Shown: piece after piece, positions 9,357-17,384 of the stretch
Numbering within the stretch: position 1 is the first letter of the stretch
How the letters are laid out: each line of letters starts with the position of its first letter
NCBI GenBank assembly: GCA_002763075.1
Contig: PFDB01000015.1
Coordinates: forward strand, 5,747-69,746
Reading direction: 5' to 3'
DNA from: Candidatus Pacearchaeota archaeon CG10_big_fil_rev_8_21_14_0_10_34_76
GTDB lineage: Archaea; Nanobdellota; Nanobdellia; Pacearchaeales; GW2011-AR1
Length of the DNA stretch: 64,000 nucleotides
The notes under the pieces: generated by a model
What the model was told of the DNA's origin: nothing
The model's input: the letters and a program-made list of their open reading frames with translations, nothing else
Database searches by the model: none
Program-made: the position numbers and the translations under genes

Positions 9357-9390
9357 AAAGATATAAAAAGAAGTTTTGATGAATATAAAT
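9357..9390 (+). promoter_or_regulatory. Promoter, copy B of the duplicated pilin upstream element
   Basis: AAAGATATAAAAAGAAGTTTTGATGAATATAAAT lies directly before ATG 9391, with the same TATA-to-ATG spacing as copy A. Confidence 0.5.
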
Positions 9391-9948
9391 ATGGTGATAA
9401 ATAAAAGAGGTATAAGTCCTATAATTGCTACAGTGCTTATTCTCCTTATTACTTTCGTGGCCATCAGTATTCTGGCTGTGTTTGTAGTGCCTTTCGTGAG
9501 TGAAAGTCTGGAAGGAAGTGAGGAATGTTTTGATATTCTTGGACATGTGACATTTGATGAGAGCCCATATAATTGTAATATTGGGGGGACACTGGGGGAT
9601 GGAAGTGAAGGTGAGAGGACTGGATTTTCAGTTAGAGTTGGAGGAGAGGATATTTCTGGACTTAAGATTGCATTATATAATGAGGGAAGTTCTGAAGTTG
9701 TTGAATTTTTAAATGGCACTATAGGAAACACTCTTTCTTCAAAACTTAGAATGTTGAATGGACTCTTTAGTGAGGGACTTGAAATGCCTAAGAAAGGCGG
9801 AGTTAGGACATATGTTGCTGAAGGTCTTTTTGAAAAGATAGAAGTGAGTGCAAGATTGAAATCAGGAAAAACTTGTGATTTAAGTGATTCTATAGAATTG
9901 AATACTTGTTTAGATAATGATGCAGTTAGCAAGATCCTCGCAAGTTAA
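9391..9948 (+). CDS. Archaeal type IV pilin, paralog of the N-terminal half of 7363..8847
   Basis: MVINKRG|ISPIIATVLILLITFVAISILAVF. The body aligns by eye with 7363 (ECFDILGHVTFD / DCFEVLGDINFD; ERTGFSV; EGSSEVVEF / EGSSDVIDI; KKGGVRTYVAEGLFEKIEV / NKGGVRIYVANGIFERIDM). Start could also be 9379. Confidence 0.8.
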   Translation: MVINKRGISPIIATVLILLITFVAISILAVFVVPFVSESLEGSEECFDILGHVTFDESPYNCNIGGTLGDGSEGERTGFSVRVGGEDISGLKIALYNEGSSEVVEFLNGTIGNTLSSKLRMLNGLFSEGLEMPKKGGVRTYVAEGLFEKIEVSARLKSGKTCDLSDSIELNTCLDNDAVSKILAS

Positions 9949-9949
9949 A

Positions 9950-10477
9950 ATGAGATCAAAATCTGGACAAGTTTGGATTGAGACAGTCATTTATACATTG
10001 ATAGGCCTATCTTTAATTGCTGTTGTTCTTGCTATTGTAACTCCAAAGATAAATGAGTATAAAGATAAGAGTGTGATTGAGCAAACAATATCTTCTTTTA
10101 ATGAAATGGATTCTAAAATAAAAGAATCTCTTGCAGGAGGTGTTGGGAATGCAAGAACTGTAGAGTTTAGGATGAAAAGAGGAGAAATCTATTTTGATAG
10201 AGAGAAAGATATAATATATTACATAATGGACGATAGCGATGTATTGTACTCTGAACCTGACGTTGAGACAAGTATTGGGAGAGTTAAAATATTGACACAG
10301 GAAGGTCAGAAGAAAAATACTGTCAAGTTGACTATTGAATATCAACAAAATATTACTTTTGAAGGTGTTGAGGATATAATAATATTCACTCCCTCTAGCG
10401 TACCTTATAAGTTTAGATTTGAAAATGGCGGTTTTTCCCCAGAAGGAAGGCAAATTGTCAATTTTGAGAAGATTTAG
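9950..10477 (+). CDS. Minor pilin-like protein (Gln+1, Glu+5)
   Basis: ATG at 9950 immediately follows the previous stop. MRSKSG|QVWIETVIYTLIGLSLIAVVLAIV. The track start 9917 would overlap the upstream gene. Confidence 0.7.
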   Translation: MRSKSGQVWIETVIYTLIGLSLIAVVLAIVTPKINEYKDKSVIEQTISSFNEMDSKIKESLAGGVGNARTVEFRMKRGEIYFDREKDIIYYIMDDSDVLYSEPDVETSIGRVKILTQEGQKKNTVKLTIEYQQNITFEGVEDIIIFTPSSVPYKFRFENGGFSPEGRQIVNFEKI

Positions 10478-10524
10478 GCATAATTTAATAAATCCCATAA
10501 AGTTAGTATTATAAAGAGGTTAAG

Positions 10525-12051
10525 ATGACAATAAGCATAAATATTCGTCCAAGTGTTCCACCATTAAGCAAGGCAGAAGATAGGACAAAGGTAGATGTAA
10601 GATACTCACTGATAGCACCATATGCTAATGTTCATATATACTGGGATGATGATACTGGAGAGATGATCTATGAGCTTGAAGAGCCATTGTTGAATGATGA
10701 CCAGAAGAAAATTCTTAAAAAACTTGAAGAGTCTATGCTTGAGCTTATCAATATCAATGTTGCTGTAGATAACACTATGCAAAATCTCGTGGAGTATATA
10801 GACAGGACTGCAAGGCTTCTTATAGATGAACTTAACCTAAAGATTCCTGAAAGCATATATGAAAGAATATTTTACTTTTTATACAGAGATTTTATAGGCA
10901 TGAACGAAATAGACCCACTGCTTAAAGATTATTTTATAGAGGATATAGAATGCAATGGAGTTGACACCCCCGTATATATTGTACATAGAGTTTATAGGAA
11001 CATGAGAACTAATGTGGTATTCAAGGATGTTGATTATCTTGCCAGTTTTGTTGAGAAGCTTGCTCAGAGGAGCGGAAAATATGTCTCTTATGCAAATCCC
11101 TTATTAGACGGAAGCCTTCCTGATGGGAGCAGAATAAATGCTACATATACAAAAGATGTGACATCTAGAGGACCTACATTCACAATCAGAAAATTCACAA
11201 GGGTACCTTGGACACCAACACAGCTTATTGCATTGAATACATTAAGTCCTGAAATGTTGTCCTATCTTTGGTTATTGATAGAGTATAAATCAAATATTTT
11301 AATTACTGGGGGAACTTCTTCTGGAAAGACTACTCTTCTAAATGCATTGGCATTTTTTATTCCTCCTGAAGCAAGAGTCATTAGTATTGAAGACACAAGA
11401 GAGCTGAATTTACCTAGAGAAAATTGGCTTCCTGCTGTGTCTAGAACTTCTGTAGGAATGGGAAAGGTCGGGGAAGTAGATTTGTTTGATTTACTAAAGA
11501 ACTCATTCAGGCAAAACCCTGATTATGTTATTGTGGGAGAAGTTAGAGGAAAAGAGGCTTATGTACTCTTTCAGGGAATGTCCTCTGGTCATCCGTCAAT
11601 AAGCACACTTCACGCTGATTCTATAGATACAGTAATCCGAAGATTACAGACTCCCCCTATAAATCTTTCACCAACTCTGGTTAATTCTTTAGATTGTATA
11701 GCTGTGATGACTCATGCTATTGTGAAAAATAAACACACTAGAAGACTAAGAGAGCTGGTTGAAGTTGTAAATGTCGATAAAGACGGGTCTGCATTGATAA
11801 ACACCCCATTTGTCTGGGAGCCAGGCAGAGATGTATTTTATTTCAAAAAACAAAGTAAGGTATTTGAGAAGATATCTGCAAGATATGGATTGACAATGGA
11901 AGAATTACAGAGAGAATTCTTGCATAGGTCGAGATTAATGTATAATCTCTTCAAGCAGGGAATATTTGGGTTCGCAGAAATTCAGAAAATAATTAATGAC
12001 TATCATAAAGATTCAGATGTTATATTGAAGAAATTTAAAGTAGTTAGTTGA
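10525..12051 (+). CDS. Type IV pilus/secretion assembly ATPase (FlaI/PilB/VirB11 superfamily)
   Basis: Walker A GGTSSGKTTLLNAL, Asp box ISIEDTRELNL, Walker B DYVIVGEVRGKEA, His box GHPSISTLHADS. AGAGGT Shine-Dalgarno-like sequence upstream. Confidence 0.92.
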   Translation: MTISINIRPSVPPLSKAEDRTKVDVRYSLIAPYANVHIYWDDDTGEMIYELEEPLLNDDQKKILKKLEESMLELININVAVDNTMQNLVEYIDRTARLLIDELNLKIPESIYERIFYFLYRDFIGMNEIDPLLKDYFIEDIECNGVDTPVYIVHRVYRNMRTNVVFKDVDYLASFVEKLAQRSGKYVSYANPLLDGSLPDGSRINATYTKDVTSRGPTFTIRKFTRVPWTPTQLIALNTLSPEMLSYLWLLIEYKSNILITGGTSSGKTTLLNALAFFIPPEARVISIEDTRELNLPRENWLPAVSRTSVGMGKVGEVDLFDLLKNSFRQNPDYVIVGEVRGKEAYVLFQGMSSGHPSISTLHADSIDTVIRRLQTPPINLSPTLVNSLDCIAVMTHAIVKNKHTRRLRELVEVVNVDKDGSALINTPFVWEPGRDVFYFKKQSKVFEKISARYGLTMEELQREFLHRSRLMYNLFKQGIFGFAEIQKIINDYHKDSDVILKKFKVVS

Positions 12052-12084
12052 AAACTATATAAATAGTATTTGTCTTTCTTATAA

Positions 12085-12249
12085 ATGAATAAACAAGAGG
12101 TTGTGTTATTGCTCCAGCTTTTGCATTCTATGAAAGATGTTGGTGATAGAATAGAAAAGTCTTATGAAATGAACAATTTTGAAGAGCTTGAATCTGCTAA
12201 AAAGGAAATGACATCGTTACAGAAAAAGATTGATGAAACCTTAAAATGA
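12085..12249 (+). CDS. Small (54 aa) coiled-coil protein, translationally coupled to the platform gene
   Basis: Not in the ORF track because it is under 60 aa. Translates as MNKQEVVLLLQLLHSMKDVGDRIEKSYEMNNFEELESAKKEMTSLQKKIDETLK. Its TGA (12247-12249) overlaps the ATG of the next gene (12246) as ATGA. Confidence 0.45.
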   Translation: MNKQEVVLLLQLLHSMKDVGDRIEKSYEMNNFEELESAKKEMTSLQKKIDETLK

Positions 12250-13580
12250 TTAAAGACTTAAAAAATAACATAGAAACTGAGATTAAGATAGTTGAGGAAA
12301 TGTCTCATTTTATGAACAGACGCGATTTTGCTTCTCCTGAGGAGAGCAGACTGATTGATTTAATGATAGGGTCTTATCAGAGAAAAGTTAAAATAATAAA
12401 TAATTCAATTGATGAAATAGTCAAAAATATCTCCCTTGTTAAGAAGATTCCTGGAAAGGATGTAGAGCCTAAGATTGAGAAGATATCTATATCTCCTGCA
12501 AGTGCTGACTCAAATGTTAAATCAAAGGAGCCTATCTCTGAAAGGGTGGAAATTGTTCTTAAAAAAGTTGATAAGGGGAAATTTATTGAAGAGCTTAGTA
12601 TAAGTGAAGAATTGCTCAAAAAACTTAAGAAGAGAAAGAAGATAAAGGGTGAAAAAGTCATAGAGTATAAAAAATCTAGAGGCTATCCAAAATTGGCAAA
12701 TTCTTTTTTTAGAAGTTTTTCAAATGACTTTCTCTTAAAGGAAAAATTTTCGGGACTTATATCTGATCTGAGAAAAAGCAATCTGAATATATTACCAGTA
12801 ACTTATATTTCTATGATGTTTCTTGGATTGTTAATATCTATATTTGTAGCTTTTTTTGTAATGGTGTTCTTTATCTTTTTTGAAATTTCTTTTACATTCC
12901 CATTCATCAGTGCATATTCAGGGAGTTATTTTGCAAGAATATTCAAGGTATCCTGGATACTTGCAGTCATTCCAATTATAACTGGATTATCATTCTACTT
13001 TTATCCTTATAGCGAGAAAAAATCCCTTGGAAGCAGGATTGATAGGGAGCTTCCTTTTGTTGCTATACATATGGCATCTATTTCAGGAAGTGGAATTGAG
13101 CCAAGCCAGATATTCAAAATCATCGCGTTGAGTCAAGAATATAGGTATACTGCAAGTGAAGTGAGAAAGATATTGAATCAGATAAATATTTATGGATATG
13201 ATCTTGTGAATGCATTGAAGAATGTGGCAAATTCAAGCCCAAGTGCTAAGCTTTCAGAACTATTGAAAGGACTTGCGACATCTATCATGACTGGAGGAAA
13301 TCTTAATTCCTTTCTGGAGAAAAGAGCTGAGACTCTTCTTCTTAACTATCGTTTGGAGAGAGAGAAATTCGCAAAGACTGCTGAGACATTCATGGACATT
13401 TATATCAGCGTTGTTATAGCAGCCCCTATGATACTTTTATTATTGCTTATCATGATATCTGTTTCAGGAGTTGGATTTGGAATAAGCACAGGGATTTTAA
13501 CCCTTGGAATCATATTAATAGTGGCAGTTGTTAACATATTGTTCCTCGTGCTATTGGGGCTGAAACAGCCAGGATATTGA
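12246..13580 (+). CDS. Pilus platform membrane protein, T2SSF/FlaJ/TadC-like (single T2SSF domain with long charged N-terminal region)
   Basis: Multi-pass TM protein. A cytoplasmic helical domain (ELPFVAIHMASISGSGIEPSQIFKII...YGYDLVNALKNVA...GLATSIMTGGNLNSFLEKRAETLL) matches the T2SSF pattern. Sits immediately after the ATPase. Confidence 0.8.
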   Translation: MIKDLKNNIETEIKIVEEMSHFMNRRDFASPEESRLIDLMIGSYQRKVKIINNSIDEIVKNISLVKKIPGKDVEPKIEKISISPASADSNVKSKEPISERVEIVLKKVDKGKFIEELSISEELLKKLKKRKKIKGEKVIEYKKSRGYPKLANSFFRSFSNDFLLKEKFSGLISDLRKSNLNILPVTYISMMFLGLLISIFVAFFVMVFFIFFEISFTFPFISAYSGSYFARIFKVSWILAVIPIITGLSFYFYPYSEKKSLGSRIDRELPFVAIHMASISGSGIEPSQIFKIIALSQEYRYTASEVRKILNQINIYGYDLVNALKNVANSSPSAKLSELLKGLATSIMTGGNLNSFLEKRAETLLLNYRLEREKFAKTAETFMDIYISVVIAAPMILLLLLIMISVSGVGFGISTGILTLGIILIVAVVNILFLVLLGLKQPGY

Positions 13581-13622
13581 AATGAGAATAAAAATTATAT
13601 ACTCTATAATGTTTGTCTATGG

Positions 13623-16583
13623 ATGAATAAGGGAGGGTTTGGGCTTGAATTAATTATTGTTTTCGGAGTAATAGCATTGATTGGTGGAGGATTCCTCATT
13701 AATACGACAAACTTACAATTTGCTCCAGAAGTGGGTTCAGCCCAAAAATATTGTACTGATTCTGACGATGGAATCAACTTTTTTGAAAAAGGAACAACCT
13801 GTGTTGGAAAAAATTGCTTGAGTGATTCTTGTATCAACGATTTTGATTTACTAGAATATTATTGTGACAAGGGAAGAAAGGATATTACAGAAGCCTGTGA
13901 AGGTGGTTGTTTTAGTGGAAAGTGCTTATCTGATTGCAACGATGGAATAGATAATGATGGGGATAGATGGATCGATTATGATAATGATCCTCAGTGTGGA
14001 AGTCTCGGAGATAATAATGAGTCTGCTGATTATATCAGATTGGCCAATTTAACTGATCAAATTAATTTAGGAGATGCCTTAAATGGACCATTTGGAAATA
14101 AGATTAACAAAGAGAACTTACCAGTAGTCTTATCAGATAAAATTTATATAGATAATAGGAATAATAGATACGGTTATGAGCAATCAATAATACTTGGTAA
14201 CCCAATATTATCGCATTTTAGGGATTCAGATTATGAAGAACAAAATGGACTTAGTGGAAGAACACCTACTCTCGGGGTGAAAATCCTTCCTCATGAATAT
14301 GTTTTAAATTATACCTTAAGTTTCTTTAATGAATCTAAGTCTAATATTGTTGAAGAAAGATTAATTGATCTTGAAAATACCCAAATAGAAATAATGGGCA
14401 AAAACTATCTATTGGTAAAGGCAACACTATCTGAATTTGTTTTTTTAGACTCTAACGGAAATGTAACCCATTTGATGAATGGCGAAAACATAAGGGTAAA
14501 TTACAATAGTATTGAAAATTTCAAATCATATATCAATATGGAAGTAAATGACAGTACAGCATTTCTTAGTAAAATCATTCTTGAATGGAGCACATCAGAT
14601 GAGCTGTTCGTCACAGATATTAGTTTTGTTGAAATGCCTTTTTCGGGAATTAGATTTTATATGAACGGATTTGTCACCCCCGTACAAGAAAGATTAGAAG
14701 TATTATCTGATGGAAATTCTAGTATCAAACTAAAAGCATTCATCGCTGATGGGTTAGCTGAATTTAACATAATCTATGCAAACTCAACAGGAGAGTTTAT
14801 TGGGTTGGGAAGAAATGAGAATGAGAGACTTGTTACATCTGATTCTAACTTTTTAACTTTCAATTTAACAAGTGGGGACAAATGGTTTATAACTTCTTGG
14901 AATTCCTCAGACAATAATGCAACTGAATCATATTTGTTGACTATTGAATCTGAAAATCTACAAAATAATTCTGTCAGCATATCAAATTATATCACTGGAG
15001 ATATAGAATGCAATGAAAAAAGAGTTGGAGATTCTTGCCAAATAGGAAATATTGAATTTGGAATTGAGGAAATTGTGATGGAGAATGAGAATAAACTGGT
15101 TACTTTTAGACTGATTGGCGAGGAACTTTCATTTGATGAATTGTATACTGCAGAGGGATTATATGTGCAATTACCTTACCTAACCAACAGCAACACTAAT
15201 TCTCCAGGTGCGTTAAATCTTAAGGGCAATATGGATGGCCATAATCCTGATAGTTTTTACTTATTCCTTACTGAAGAGAGTAAAGATGAGAGGGTTACTG
15301 AAGGTTTATCCTTTAATATAACAGTAGACGATACTCCTGATGGAAAAATTCATGTAAGCCATGTTAATAATGCTATAAATGGAGGTCCAAGCGGGAGGGA
15401 AATCAATAGTACAAAAATATATGAGAGTTATATTGTCTCTGATCTTGCTACGAGAATTTTGCACTATACTGCTTCTGAACAAGATAGTGTGGAATTGTTC
15501 TATCATGGAGCTGAATCCTATGCAAACATCTACTTACATGGGCCATCGACAATGTGCTCAAATGGATTAGATGATGATTTTGATGGACTGATTGATGGAT
15601 ATGATAAAATTTGCAAAACTGGAAAGCAAGATAGTGAAAATACATTGTCTGTGGAGCAAATTTGCGCTTATGGATTTTGTGATGTAAAAACAGAGTGCAA
15701 TGATGGAATAGATAATGATGGCGACGGGTGGATTGATTATGGTAATGACCCTCAGTGCAATATATTTAATGATAAGGAATCTGCAGAGTTTGCCAGGCTA
15801 GATAGAACAAGTGATAGGCTAAACATTGGAGATGATTTGGCTGGAGTATTTGGTCAAACAATAGATCGGGCTGATTTTAAAAAGGTTCTTGATGAGGAAT
15901 TCTACTTCAGCCATAGAGAATGGGAAAGGTATAGTTATGAACAATCTCTAAAATTAGGCAGTGAGTTAATCCTTCTAAATTTTTCGGATTTAGACTATGA
16001 TAATGGAGAACACACCATAGGAATTCCCATCAATGTAGAACAACACATCTTCAATTATACATTGAACTTCCTTTATGAACCTGAATCAGCTATTGTTGGG
16101 GAGCACCTAGTTGATTTTGAAAATACAAATATTACTTTATTTGGTAAGAGATACAACATCACGGATGCTGAAATAAATCCCCTAAGATTTAGTTTACAAA
16201 GAGGTAATGATACATTCATCTTGTCTCAAGGAAATCCCGTAGAATTAAACGGAGAAATAATTGAGGGTTTAATTTTTCATATTAAAATAAGAGAACAAAC
16301 TCAAAATTCAATTAAATTAGATAAATTTGATATTATTTGGAATGCTGATAAAAAATTATTCATTACAGATGATGATTATATTGAAATGCCTGGCTTTAAG
16401 ACATTCAGGTTTTATATGAATGGCTTTGGAGAATTAGACTGGGATGGCAAGCCCTATGCAAAAGTGTATCTACACTCTTATTCAACAAGATGCTCTAATG
16501 AATTAGATGATGATTTTGATGGAGAAATTGATGGGAATGATTCTGAATGCAACGAAGGAAATGACGATTCCGAGAAGAATTAA
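13623..16583 (+). CDS. 986-aa secreted protein with prepilin-like N-terminus, internal duplication and four Cys-bracketed D-x-D-x-D-G motifs
   Basis: MNKGG|FGLELIIVFGVIALIGGGF. CNDGIDNDGDRWIDYDNDPQC at 13935-13997 and CNDGIDNDGDGWIDYGNDPQC at 15696-15758. CSNGLDDDFDGLIDGYDKIC at 15555-15614 and CSNELDDDFDGEIDGNDSEC at 16491-16550. Confidence 0.8.
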   Translation: MNKGGFGLELIIVFGVIALIGGGFLINTTNLQFAPEVGSAQKYCTDSDDGINFFEKGTTCVGKNCLSDSCINDFDLLEYYCDKGRKDITEACEGGCFSGKCLSDCNDGIDNDGDRWIDYDNDPQCGSLGDNNESADYIRLANLTDQINLGDALNGPFGNKINKENLPVVLSDKIYIDNRNNRYGYEQSIILGNPILSHFRDSDYEEQNGLSGRTPTLGVKILPHEYVLNYTLSFFNESKSNIVEERLIDLENTQIEIMGKNYLLVKATLSEFVFLDSNGNVTHLMNGENIRVNYNSIENFKSYINMEVNDSTAFLSKIILEWSTSDELFVTDISFVEMPFSGIRFYMNGFVTPVQERLEVLSDGNSSIKLKAFIADGLAEFNIIYANSTGEFIGLGRNENERLVTSDSNFLTFNLTSGDKWFITSWNSSDNNATESYLLTIESENLQNNSVSISNYITGDIECNEKRVGDSCQIGNIEFGIEEIVMENENKLVTFRLIGEELSFDELYTAEGLYVQLPYLTNSNTNSPGALNLKGNMDGHNPDSFYLFLTEESKDERVTEGLSFNITVDDTPDGKIHVSHVNNAINGGPSGREINSTKIYESYIVSDLATRILHYTASEQDSVELFYHGAESYANIYLHGPSTMCSNGLDDDFDGLIDGYDKICKTGKQDSENTLSVEQICAYGFCDVKTECNDGIDNDGDGWIDYGNDPQCNIFNDKESAEFARLDRTSDRLNIGDDLAGVFGQTIDRADFKKVLDEEFYFSHREWERYSYEQSLKLGSELILLNFSDLDYDNGEHTIGIPINVEQHIFNYTLNFLYEPESAIVGEHLVDFENTNITLFGKRYNITDAEINPLRFSLQRGNDTFILSQGNPVELNGEIIEGLIFHIKIREQTQNSIKLDKFDIIWNADKKLFITDDDYIEMPGFKTFRFYMNGFGELDWDGKPYAKVYLHSYSTRCSNELDDDFDGEIDGNDSECNEGNDDSEKN

Positions 16584-16620
16584 AGAAAACGTTTATAAAA
16601 TATAAAGTTCTTATTTAATA

Positions 16621-17382
16621 ATGAAAAGAGAGGTTTTGCATTCTCTTGCAATTTTGTGTCTTGTTTTATTAATGACCTCGCTGGCCTCTTCCCAGGAAAC
16701 AGGTTCGATTTCTGGAAGTGTTATTCCCGCAGAAGAAGATATTAAGGTACAGGCAATACAGAATTTATCTCTTGTCGCAGAGACATTTACTGATGAAAAC
16801 GGGAATTATGTTATAGAAGGCCTATCTCCGGGGAATTATGGATTAGTTTTTATCAAAGACGAAAAAGCTTATGTCTATAATGATGAGATAAATAGTATTT
16901 TAACTAGATGGGAAAATGATAGAATAATCGTTACTATAAAAGAACCCATAATATCTAATTCCTCTGATATTAACATAAATTTGGATAAAGAATTGCCAGA
17001 TTATGCCCTTAGGAGAATTACTATTCAATTTAAAGAAAATGTTTCTGAGGAACAAATAGAAGAAGTAATTGCATCTTGCAGATGTGAACTCCTGGAGATA
17101 GATGAAAAATCGTATGGCACATACTATAAATTGAATGCTCCAGAAGAAGAGTTTCTTTTTAAAATAATTAAGGATCTTAATATGAATGAGAATGTTGAGG
17201 CTGCTGGGGAATTAGCTGTTGATCTATCGCTTGGAAAAGGTAAAAAGAAGAATACTACACAGAATTCAAACAAAATAGAAGATATGAAAGAAAATCGGAA
17301 TTATGTCCTAATTGGAATATTAATTTTAGGACTTATAATTTTTTTAGCCCACATTATATTTAGAAGAAAAAGGAAAACATAA
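16621..17382 (+). CDS. Membrane-anchored secreted protein with carboxypeptidase-regulatory-like beta-sandwich segment
   Basis: Signal peptide. GSISGSVIPAEE...DENGNYVIEGLSPGNYGLVFIK fits the CarboxypepD_reg pattern. C-terminal TM plus RRKRKT tail. The middle region has the feel of a protease pro-domain, which is speculative. Confidence 0.6.
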   Translation: MKREVLHSLAILCLVLLMTSLASSQETGSISGSVIPAEEDIKVQAIQNLSLVAETFTDENGNYVIEGLSPGNYGLVFIKDEKAYVYNDEINSILTRWENDRIIVTIKEPIISNSSDININLDKELPDYALRRITIQFKENVSEEQIEEVIASCRCELLEIDEKSYGTYYKLNAPEEEFLFKIIKDLNMNENVEAAGELAVDLSLGKGKKKNTTQNSNKIEDMKENRNYVLIGILILGLIIFLAHIIFRRKRKT

Positions 17383-17384
17383 AA

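Noticed and set aside
9351-9932. 193-aa minus-strand ORF, and a 67-aa one at 9343..9546.
   Set aside because: They are antisense shadows of the well-supported pilin gene 9391..9948. The sequence is Ser/Pro/Leu-rich, low-complexity and has no motifs.
10013-10498. 161-aa minus-strand ORF.
   Set aside because: It is antisense to the pilin-like gene 9950..10477. The translation is low-complexity Ile/Phe/Asn/Tyr-rich and has no start context.
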